A DNA stretch of 64,000 bases from NCBI GenBank assembly GCA_004769085.1, contig DUDS01000019.1, positions 446-64,445 of the forward strand, given 5' to 3'. This DNA comes from Candidatus Melainabacteria bacterium SSGW_16 (GTDB lineage: Bacteria; Cyanobacteriota; Vampirovibrionia; 2-02-FULL-35-15). The notes beneath the pieces are model-generated. The model was given only the letters and a program-made list of their open reading frames with translations, searched no databases and had not been told where the DNA came from. This document shows positions 56,419-64,000 of the stretch, piece after piece. Position numbers and translations under genes: made by a program. How positions within the stretch are numbered: the stretch's first letter is position 1; every line of letters begins with the position of its first letter.

Positions 56419-56781
56419 ATGGGGAATAATCCCACCTTAACTACAGGTTCAAGTATTCTTCTGTCAAAACTAAGTGCAATAAGAGACCAGCTATTTCTGG
56501 CTAAAAGAGATATTTTTGAACTTGAAAGCCTTTACTTATATTTAGCTATGGGTTCACCAAATAGTAAAATTATGGGTTCTGATAGTCCCTCACTGGCATT
56601 TTTTTACGATATAACCAAGATTCGGGAAAGGCTTTCAGACACATTAGATACAAGGAATTTCCTTGAAATGGATGAAAGTACATACCTCTCAATGATTAAA
56701 AGTATGTATGCTCAGACGGGGCCGGCGGGAGCCGAAATAGTCAATTTAGCTCGTATTCATAATTATGTTCCGATAAGCTGA
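56419..56781 (+). CDS. Hypothetical protein
   Basis: 120-aa ORF with a good SD (aagggggtcgctATG) and no recognisable motif. It is preceded by about 310 bp of AT-rich non-coding DNA. Confidence 0.4.
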   Translation: MGNNPTLTTGSSILLSKLSAIRDQLFLAKRDIFELESLYLYLAMGSPNSKIMGSDSPSLAFFYDITKIRERLSDTLDTRNFLEMDESTYLSMIKSMYAQTGPAGAEIVNLARIHNYVPIS

Positions 56782-56811
56782 GAATATTTTTAATGTTGCT
56801 TATTTTTAATA

Positions 56812-58431
56812 TTACTTATCGCCAGGCTTAGGAGGAGGAAATATTCTGATTCTTCTCTTCGGCTCCTGTCCTATACTAAGACTGTCTAATTTATATTCTT
56901 CTACAAGTTCATGTTGCAATTTTCTTATTTCAGCATTTCTGGGACTAAGGTCAATAGATTTTTCTGTATCCATTACCATGCTTATAGCACCCCGGACTTC
57001 TTCAAGAGCATTTTGAACATCATCAACTTTCTTTTTTTCAATTTCTTCTATAATGAAATCACTTATTAAATCAGGGAAGAGTTCTTTTAGTGCATTTTGA
57101 ATGCCATCAATGGTATTGTTCTTGACTATATAAAGAGGTATTTTATGCTTCTTTGCAAGTTCAAGAATCTTCGCCCCGACTTTTGCATAATTTTTAAGTG
57201 CAAAAATGACACCTGCTTCATCAATTGTTCTGCACACCATTCCAGGAAGCTGAAGATTTCTTATAACCCTTTCAAGTTGTCCACGGCTCACTGCATAGGG
57301 ATAGATTTTAATGGTTTCAACAGGATGCTCAGCCATCTCTGTAGTAGAAAATGAGACTTGTCCCTGGGAAATTGTTTCCTTCTTTGTAAGGATTTCAACC
57401 TTTCCGGTTTTCAGATCAAGTTTACGAATTTCAGGGAACAGGGCTTTTCCTCTTAAAAGATTATCAACTGCAACAGCCACTTCTTTATGGATTGCAAGTC
57501 TTTGATGATCCAGGATTTCAATTGCAATCTGAAATGTTGGTTCATTGGCTCTTTCAAGTATTGTTTTTTGTGTGCCACGTCTTTTTGCTTCTTCATCTCC
57601 CAGAGTAACTGTTTGTATCCCTCCGATCAGATCAGATAAAGTAGGATTTTTTAAGAGATTTTCAAGCGCATTTCCGTGAGCAGTACCTATAAGCTGCACG
57701 CCTCGTTCAGCAATAGTTCTTGCTGCCTGTGCTTCAAGTTCAGTACCAATCTCATCAATTATTATCACTTCTGGAGTATGATTTTCCACAGCTTCAATCA
57801 TTACAGCATGCTGAAGCTCAGGTCTTCCCACCTGCATTCTTCTTGCACGACCAATTCCATGGTGCGGAATATTACCATCACCTGCAATTTCATTTGAAGT
57901 ATCAATTACAATTACTCTTCTGTTTAAATCTTCAGCCAGAAATCTTGCCATCTCCCTGAGTTTTGTTGTTTTCCCGACTCCTGGGGGACCTAACAATAGG
58001 ATAGATTTCTTTGATTCTACAAAATCCCTGATAATATCAATTGTCCCTGTTATCGATCTGCCAACTCTGCATGTTAGTCCTACTATTTCACCCCTGCGAT
58101 TTCTAATACAACTTATCCTGTGAAGTGTCCGTGCAATACCAGCCCTGTTGTCAGAGGTGAAGTCTCCCACCCTGTTAACAGCATAATTAATATCCCCCAG
58201 AGTAACAGGTTCATGTTCAAGTTCAATTCTCTTACCATTAAAAAACCGTGCTTCAGGTAATCTTCCAAAATCCATAACTATTTCAATAAGCCCAGCCAAG
58301 TTATGTTTTTCAAGTGATGTCCTGAGCTTATCAGGAAGCACATCCAACATAAGAGGCAAATCCTGTGCAGGGACATGATCAATTTCCTGGATTTCTTCAT
58401 TTTTCAAATTTAACTTTTCTTCTTTAGTCAT
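56812..58431 (-). CDS. AAA-type ATPase of the SpoIIIAA/Ycf45-like family with C-terminal nucleic-acid-binding region
   Basis: LLLGPPGVGKTTKLREMARFL Walker A, VIIIDEIGTELEAQAARTIAERGVQLIGTAHG Walker B, and an N-terminal region like SpoIIIAA. Confidence 0.55.
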   Translation of the reverse strand: MTKEEKLNLKNEEIQEIDHVPAQDLPLMLDVLPDKLRTSLEKHNLAGLIEIVMDFGRLPEARFFNGKRIELEHEPVTLGDINYAVNRVGDFTSDNRAGIARTLHRISCIRNRRGEIVGLTCRVGRSITGTIDIIRDFVESKKSILLLGPPGVGKTTKLREMARFLAEDLNRRVIVIDTSNEIAGDGNIPHHGIGRARRMQVGRPELQHAVMIEAVENHTPEVIIIDEIGTELEAQAARTIAERGVQLIGTAHGNALENLLKNPTLSDLIGGIQTVTLGDEEAKRRGTQKTILERANEPTFQIAIEILDHQRLAIHKEVAVAVDNLLRGKALFPEIRKLDLKTGKVEILTKKETISQGQVSFSTTEMAEHPVETIKIYPYAVSRGQLERVIRNLQLPGMVCRTIDEAGVIFALKNYAKVGAKILELAKKHKIPLYIVKNNTIDGIQNALKELFPDLISDFIIEEIEKKKVDDVQNALEEVRGAISMVMDTEKSIDLSPRNAEIRKLQHELVEEYKLDSLSIGQEPKRRIRIFPPPKPGDK

Positions 58432-58439
58432 AATTGAAA

Positions 58440-59489
58440 TTAATTATAATTCCCACTTACAGCAGACGATTGTACTAATGATCTTGCTATACGAAAAGCA
58501 CTGGAAAAATTCTGATCACTATATATATCATTTAAATATGGAATTAACAGTTTTCTTGCATAAGAACCAACAGCTATTCCGTTAACCGGAAGGCCAGAGT
58601 TTTTTACATTGTCAAAAGAAAACTCTGTGGTACCGCCTGCAATCTGCAAATATACAGGCATTTTTTCTTCCTCTATAAGCTTTGCTACATGAAGGCTCAA
58701 TTCATCATTATTATGCCCGTTTTTACCTGCATTACTCCTGCCGCCACTCATGGGAATACCATCACACTGCAAGATAATATTACTCCCTGCAAGCTCAAAA
58801 CAAAGCCTAGCTGCATCCTTGATTTCAATATCACTTAATAAGCCACTTCCAAGGCTAAATGAAACCAGTTCAAGTTTCTTTACTAAATCTTTAATTTTGT
58901 CCCATATTTCCCTGATTCTTAAATAGTTTTTCCCAAAATGAAACTCAATTGATTTAAGGCCTAGAAGGAGCATATCATTTAAAGTATTATAAGGATCCAT
59001 TTTCACTTCAGTCATATTTAGCGCTTTTACATGGCAATATGAAGGACAGATACCACAGCCATAACATCTTTCTTTATTGTAAATAAAATCTTTCACTCCT
59101 TCATTTTCGTTAATTTTAAATGCTTCCGTAGGACAGACTTTTACACAAGCTCCACATACATCACACAAGTTTCTGTCTACTTCTACTTTTCTGAAATGTG
59201 GATCAAGATCAAGCTGGATGCTTGCCATTAGAAGAGGTGGTTTCAAATTATATTTAAATCTTTTATCCTTTTTACCAAACTCAATAGCTTTTTCAACACC
59301 ATTTTTTGCTGCAATAACAATATCTGCATGCGGAGCCAGATCAATAACATGTGCACCGGCTAAAGTAAAAATAAACGACAAATTTTCAACAAGTACATTA
59401 TCAGTAAAACTAGCTCCACAAATAAGTTTAAAGAAACTTTTATTTCCTAGTGCTTCGAAAACATGGTTTTCTTTTTTAAGAGTCAGCAT
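58440..59489 (-). CDS. 4Fe-4S dicluster ferredoxin-domain protein
   Basis: CDVCGACVKVCP and CYGCGICPSYC motifs. The flanking domains are unassigned. Confidence 0.45.
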   Translation of the reverse strand: MLTLKKENHVFEALGNKSFFKLICGASFTDNVLVENLSFIFTLAGAHVIDLAPHADIVIAAKNGVEKAIEFGKKDKRFKYNLKPPLLMASIQLDLDPHFRKVEVDRNLCDVCGACVKVCPTEAFKINENEGVKDFIYNKERCYGCGICPSYCHVKALNMTEVKMDPYNTLNDMLLLGLKSIEFHFGKNYLRIREIWDKIKDLVKKLELVSFSLGSGLLSDIEIKDAARLCFELAGSNIILQCDGIPMSGGRSNAGKNGHNNDELSLHVAKLIEEEKMPVYLQIAGGTTEFSFDNVKNSGLPVNGIAVGSYARKLLIPYLNDIYSDQNFSSAFRIARSLVQSSAVSGNYN

Positions 59490-60802
59490 TTATTGTTCCC
59501 GGGAATATTTACTGCATAACCTGGAGGACATGGAGCAACTACATCACATTCATATTTTAAACTATCCTTATTTCTAAACCCACGCAGGAATGCTTCCCGT
59601 GGATTTTCTTTCATGGAAATATTATTTGGATTTACCAAAACTGTTCCAGCCTTAGAGTCAGATATAACAGGAGGTTTTTCAGCTACCATATCGTTAACTG
59701 CTAATAATACTTTTTCGGCAGATTCCCTGGTAAAACCCTGCCCAATCTGCATTAAAAAACCAATTTCATTTGCACTTTCAATTTCAACAGAATATTTTTC
59801 AAAAAGTTTTATTCCAGAATCAATTCCTGAATAATTATAATGCTTAACATACACCTTGAAAGGATCTTCATTTTTTAAGAGAGAAATGTTTTTTATCGGC
59901 ATTAATCCCTTTTTGAATGACTGAGCCAACATTAACAAATCATTAAAACTATTACTATTTTCAGCAAAATATTTTCTGGTCAATTCAAGCGAAAGTAAAA
60001 GCAAAAACGATGGACTTGTCGAACACACCAAATCAAGCGATCTTTTTAAGTCATTATATGAAAAATATTTATCAGAGACCAGGTGAAGTACCCCGCTTTG
60101 TGTAAGACTGCCCAATGATTTATGCCAGGACTGAATAACTATATCTGCTCCAAGGTTTATTGCTGAATTTAACTCGTTATCTTTCAAAAGAGATAAATGC
60201 GCTCCGTGTGCCTCATCCACTATTAGTGGAATATCATATGTATGGCAAACTTCAGAGATATAAGAAACATCAGAAATAATTCCTTCATAGGTTGGAGAAA
60301 CTATTACACAGCCAGCCAGATCATTATAGTTTTTAATTATTTTTATAAGACTCTCAGGATCTGCCTTCGAAAAAATACCCCATTTTTCATCAAACTCAAT
60401 ATCCAGCCAGACTGGCTCAAGTCCACTTAAAACCAGTCCATTAATTACCGACTTATGCACATTTCTCGCTACAATAACCCTTTTACCAATTTTATTTAAT
60501 GCAATAAGACTAGCTAACAATCCTGCACTTGCACCACCTGTAAGATAAAAAGAATGCAATACTCCAAAAAAGTCTGCTGTAATCTTTTCAGATTTAAATA
60601 AAGGGTTATTTTCTCCACCAGCATCATAACCACTTACTTCAGATATATCCAATTTATAAATTTCATTCGGGAAAAGATTATTGTTTGACATTCCACCATG
60701 AAAAGGAACATGCATACGAACAGGATTTTTTGAAATATAATCATTCAGCACATCAAGGATTGGTGTTTCTGTAAAATTAGTTGTTTCTTTTTTATTCATC
60801 AT
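59483..60802 (-). CDS. PLP-dependent Orn/Lys/Arg decarboxylase family protein
   Basis: N-terminal VRMHVPFHGG and FFGVLHSFYLTGGASAG..., and SWHKSLGSLTQSG (PLP-Lys region), typical of the OKR_DC_1 major domain. Confidence 0.7.
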   Translation of the reverse strand: MMNKKETTNFTETPILDVLNDYISKNPVRMHVPFHGGMSNNNLFPNEIYKLDISEVSGYDAGGENNPLFKSEKITADFFGVLHSFYLTGGASAGLLASLIALNKIGKRVIVARNVHKSVINGLVLSGLEPVWLDIEFDEKWGIFSKADPESLIKIIKNYNDLAGCVIVSPTYEGIISDVSYISEVCHTYDIPLIVDEAHGAHLSLLKDNELNSAINLGADIVIQSWHKSLGSLTQSGVLHLVSDKYFSYNDLKRSLDLVCSTSPSFLLLLSLELTRKYFAENSNSFNDLLMLAQSFKKGLMPIKNISLLKNEDPFKVYVKHYNYSGIDSGIKLFEKYSVEIESANEIGFLMQIGQGFTRESAEKVLLAVNDMVAEKPPVISDSKAGTVLVNPNNISMKENPREAFLRGFRNKDSLKYECDVVAPCPPGYAVNIPGNNKC

Positions 60803-60817
60803 CTGATATCTTTTATT

Positions 60818-61363
60818 TTATACAGGTAGCACTTCATAAATTTTTCTCTCAACGGTTACCTGTCTTATTGCTTCATATAAGACAACACCAACTGCTGTTG
60901 AAAGATTTATGCTTCTTGTTAAACCATTCATTGGAATTGAAATTACAGACTCACTGTACATTTTTAAAATATCTTCATCAAGTCCTTTTGTCTCACTTCC
61001 AAAAACAAGATAATCACCAGGGTTAAATTTAACATCCCATATATTTTTTTCACCTCTTGTAGATATGAACCAAGATTGGGATTTACTATCATCCTGAGGA
61101 ACGTTAATGACATTATTGCTGTTGCAAAATTCTTCCCAGTCTTTGTATTCTTTAATATCAAGCAGCGGCCAATAATCAAGACCTGCCCTTTTAAGATGTT
61201 TGTTATTGATTTCAAAGCCAAGTGGATGAACTAAATGCAGCAGAGAGCCTGTAGCAGCACATAGTCTAGCTATATTCCCGGTATTAGGAGGAATTTCAGG
61301 ATTTACAAGGACAATGTTAAATGGTTCAGAAATTTTTAATTTTTGTTTTGAGCGAATAACCAC
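60818..61363 (-). CDS. trmL: tRNA (cytidine/uridine-2'-O)-methyltransferase, SpoU-TrmL family
   Basis: IVLVNPEIPPNTGNIARLCAATGSLLHLVHPLGF strongly matches TrmL. Confidence 0.8.
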   Translation of the reverse strand: MVIRSKQKLKISEPFNIVLVNPEIPPNTGNIARLCAATGSLLHLVHPLGFEINNKHLKRAGLDYWPLLDIKEYKDWEEFCNSNNVINVPQDDSKSQSWFISTRGEKNIWDVKFNPGDYLVFGSETKGLDEDILKMYSESVISIPMNGLTRSINLSTAVGVVLYEAIRQVTVERKIYEVLPV

Positions 61364-61440
61364 AAAAATAATTATAACCGTGCTAAATCCAAAATTTTGT
61401 ATTCAGTTTAACCCCGAAAAATCAATAATTATAGCTGTTC

Positions 61441-62457
61441 GTGCTGTATTATATTATTACTGCTATGGCTACTATTACTTCATCAAAATATTTACTTGAT
61501 ACATTAAGCGTCCTTGAAACAGAAAAAGGAGCAATTAAAGACCTTATTGTTGATTTAGAAACAAAACAGGCAAAAGATCTTAATCTTGCTATTGATATTT
61601 TATTAGGCTGCAAAGGCAGAATTGTTGTAACAGGCATGGGTAAATCAGGACACATTGCAGGAAAAATTGCTGCAACATTTGCAAGCACCGGCACACCAGC
61701 TTTTTTTGTTCACCCGGCAGAACTTGGTCATGGTGATTTTGGAATGTTAACAAATTCAGACATAATGCTTGCTCTATCATTCAGCGGTGAAACAGATGAG
61801 CTAAAAAAAGTACTAATTCCAATAAAAAGACTTGGAATAAAACTTATTTCAATAACAGGTAATGAGAATTCCACCCTTGCACAAAATAGTAATGTGGCAC
61901 TGTTTGTTAAAGTCCAGAAAGAAGCATGTCCATTAAATCTGGCTCCAACTGCAAGTACCACATGCACGCTTGCACTTGGTGATGCACTGGCAATTACTTT
62001 AATGCAGGCTAAGGGTTTTAGTACAGAAGATTTTGCAAAATCTCACCCTGCAGGATCTCTCGGGAAAAAATTTATCAAAGTAAAAGAAGTAATGAGAAAA
62101 GAGAACGAGATGCCATCTGTTAAACCTGATGAAAGTTTTTACAGAATCCTTGAGGAAATAAGCTCCAAAAAGCTTGGTTTTACAATGGTTACAAACAATA
62201 GCGGAAAACTTGAAGGAGTTGTTACAGACGGTGATATAAGAAGAGCATGCATAAAATTTCAGGATAAAGCAACTACAAAATCAGCTAAAGATATAATGTC
62301 AACCAGTCCAAAAACAATATTAGCTGACGATCTTGCTGTAAGTGCATTAAGAATAATGGAAGAATTTAGGATTTCTGATTTAATTGTTATAAATGATTCC
62401 GGGAAACCCTTAGGAATCATAGATTTAAAAGACCTGCTTAAGGCTGGTTTAATATAA
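61441..62457 (+). CDS. kdsD: Arabinose-5-phosphate isomerase (SIS + tandem CBS)
   Basis: GRIVVTGMGKSGHIAGKIAATFASTGTPAFFVHPAELGHGDFGM is the KdsD/KpsF signature; C-terminal CBS pair. Confidence 0.85.
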   Translation: MLYYIITAMATITSSKYLLDTLSVLETEKGAIKDLIVDLETKQAKDLNLAIDILLGCKGRIVVTGMGKSGHIAGKIAATFASTGTPAFFVHPAELGHGDFGMLTNSDIMLALSFSGETDELKKVLIPIKRLGIKLISITGNENSTLAQNSNVALFVKVQKEACPLNLAPTASTTCTLALGDALAITLMQAKGFSTEDFAKSHPAGSLGKKFIKVKEVMRKENEMPSVKPDESFYRILEEISSKKLGFTMVTNNSGKLEGVVTDGDIRRACIKFQDKATTKSAKDIMSTSPKTILADDLAVSALRIMEEFRISDLIVINDSGKPLGIIDLKDLLKAGLI

Positions 62458-62598
62458 AGGAGCCAAAAATGAAAAAAACAAAATCAAAAAAATCAGATGG
62501 AGCATTATTAAAGAATAAAAAAATATATTCTAAAAGACATGCCTCAAGGCTGCTTGATTTAGTTTTAATATCTTTAATCAGTAACTTATCCAGGTAAG

Positions 62599-63219
62599 AT
62601 GCAGGAGTTAAAAAAGAAAATTATTGTCCTGGTATCCGGCTCAGGTACAAACCTTCAGGCTGTTATTGATGCAATAAAAACCAATGAAATTGAAAATGTA
62701 GAGATTTCAATGGTAATTTCAAATAAGCAGGATGCTTTTGCATTAAAAAGAGCAGAAAAAGAAGGAATACCTACCTGTTTTATTAATCCAAAAGAATTTT
62801 CTGACAATACTCAGTATGATAAAAAACTAACAGAAATAATAAGCAAATACAATCCTGATTTAATTATTCTTGCTGGCTATACAAGAATTCTTACAAACCA
62901 ATTTATAAATTCTTTTAAAAACAAAATAATAAATATCCATCCGTCCTTACTACCTGCATTTGGTGGAAAAGGTATGTATGGCCACAAAGTTCACGAAGCA
63001 GTACTAAAAAGTAAAGTTAAAGAAAGCGGTTGCACAGTTCATTTTGTAACAGAAAATCTTGATGCAGGACCAGTAATTGCACAGAAAAAAGTCCCTATTA
63101 CAGATAGTGATACAGTAAAAACACTTTCAGAAAGAGTATTAAAGGAAGAACATAAGCTCTTAGTCGAAGCTATTAAAAAGATTATTTTTTCTTCACGTCA
63201 TTTCGTATATAATACTTGA
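62599..63219 (+). CDS. purN: Phosphoribosylglycinamide formyltransferase
   Basis: KIIVLVSGSGTNLQAVIDA; NIHPSLLPAFGG; HFVTENLDAGPVIAQ. Confidence 0.85.
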   Translation: MQELKKKIIVLVSGSGTNLQAVIDAIKTNEIENVEISMVISNKQDAFALKRAEKEGIPTCFINPKEFSDNTQYDKKLTEIISKYNPDLIILAGYTRILTNQFINSFKNKIINIHPSLLPAFGGKGMYGHKVHEAVLKSKVKESGCTVHFVTENLDAGPVIAQKKVPITDSDTVKTLSERVLKEEHKLLVEAIKKIIFSSRHFVYNT

Positions 63220-63836
63220 TTATGATTTTTCTAATAGTTTTAGTTATTTTAGCTTTCTTTGCACTTTACCTTTTATTTTTTTCAAGCGGCAATCTTGTTG
63301 ACTGGCAGCTTAAGCTTTATCTAAAACTAGGTCTTTTAAAGATTGATAACTACAGAGAAGATGCTATACAGCCAAATAGCCTTGATGTACATCTGGGTAA
63401 TCACTTTGCTATTCAGTTAAATGATGGGGCTTTTGAAGAAATCATTGCTGATGAGTTTGTGCTACAGCCCAGAGATTTTGTTTTAGCAATAACTAAAGAA
63501 TATTTTCATTTTGGAAGCACATTGCATGGTGTTTTGCAGGGAAAATCCAGCTGGGCTAGAGTAGGACTGTACGTAGAATCTGCAGGGCTTTTCGACTCGG
63601 GGTTTGAAGGAGTTGCTGTTGTAGAGCTAACAAACCAGGGAAAAGCTCCTCTTCTTTTAAAATCAGGCCAGCCTATTGCACAAATGATATTCCAGAAAAA
63701 TCTTCCTGTATTCAAATCCTATAAAAAGAAAGGTCATTATCAGGGGCAAAAGAAAGCAACACAAACCTGGATGAAAAATGTTATAGAAAAAACAAAACAA
63801 AAAATATCAATAAAAGAAGAATATATTACAAATTAA
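63216..63836 (+). CDS. dcd: dCTP deaminase (dUTPase superfamily)
   Basis: SLDVHLGNHF..., ARVGLYVESAGLFDSGFEGVAVVELTNQGKAPLLLKSGQPIAQMIFQ (compare the Dcd motif GWIDPGF.G..TLEL.N). Confidence 0.75.
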   Translation: MIMIFLIVLVILAFFALYLLFFSSGNLVDWQLKLYLKLGLLKIDNYREDAIQPNSLDVHLGNHFAIQLNDGAFEEIIADEFVLQPRDFVLAITKEYFHFGSTLHGVLQGKSSWARVGLYVESAGLFDSGFEGVAVVELTNQGKAPLLLKSGQPIAQMIFQKNLPVFKSYKKKGHYQGQKKATQTWMKNVIEKTKQKISIKEEYITN

Positions 63837-63904
63837 AGAAAGATTTACTGCGATTTATAGCAATTATCTGGTAAAATAAATTGGTTTTTATTTTTTAACT
63901 AAAG

Positions 63905-64000
63905 GAATGTTTTGAATGTTTATTAATGGATGGTTCTTTGAAGATGATGCCCCGCTTGCAATTGCCCTAAAGGTAAAAGAACATCTTTATTCCGGTAAAA
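63905..64000 (+). CDS. 5' end of unidentified ORF running off window
   Basis: ATG at 63905 (MFINGWFFEDDAPLAIALKV...) remains open to the window end; function not assignable. Confidence 0.2.

Noticed and set aside
1-64000. Scanned intergenic regions for tRNA, rRNA, CRISPR arrays, IS transposases, integrases and toxin-antitoxin pairs
   Set aside because: None found by eye. No GTTCGAAT-type T-loop contexts appear in cloverleaf-sized gaps. No transposase- or integrase-like ORFs. The only dispersed repeats are the non-coding elements reported above.

Overview
This 64-kb window looks like a low-GC (roughly 33%) Gram-negative, flagellated bacterium, judged from lpxB, kdsD, an hldE-kinase gene, argJ and fliNOPQR. 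Genes are densely packed on both strands; I found no rRNA, tRNA, CRISPR, transposase or integrase. All calls come from reading the translated ORFs and the raw sequence by eye; no searches were run.

Gene content:
- Housekeeping genes: iscR-iscS, hisZ-hisG, tyrA, pdxJ, nagZ-like, carA, hisD, surE, gyrA, rarA, lpxB, argJ, rplM-rpsI, thiE, trpG/pabA, anmK, mdh, two thiolases, a RumA-type methyltransferase, trmL, kdsD, purN, dcd.
- Two flagellar clusters: fliN/Y-fliO-fliP-fliQ-fliR, and fliJ-fliK-like plus a rod protein.
- A CobT-like/CobS pair.

Observations outside ordinary annotation:
- A glycan-sulfation locus at the left end (1-7495): sulfatase, two tandem GT2 paralogs, a lone ABC-2 permease, and two sulfotransferases. 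The second sulfotransferase is fused to a SAM methyltransferase through an in-frame 33-bp x4.5 tandem repeat.
- A ~113-bp GC-rich nested-hairpin element with perfect terminal inverted repeats. It occurs twice intact, each time about 10 bp after the stop of a minus-strand gene, with degenerate relatives elsewhere.
- A ~110-bp two-palindrome upstream module shared almost verbatim by gyrA and the fliN-fliOPQR operon.
- FliQ carries a ~170-aa Pro/Gln-rich C-terminal tail.
- Two tandem small secreted proteins share a 6-Cys C-terminal domain.
- A 346-aa extremely Cys-rich secreted protein sits in a 1.1-kb segment bounded by a perfect 23-bp direct repeat that duplicates a thiolase 3' end.
- Smaller items: a secreted 28-aa-repeat protein, a stand-alone GlmU acetyltransferase domain, and a large nested palindrome in a divergent promoter region.
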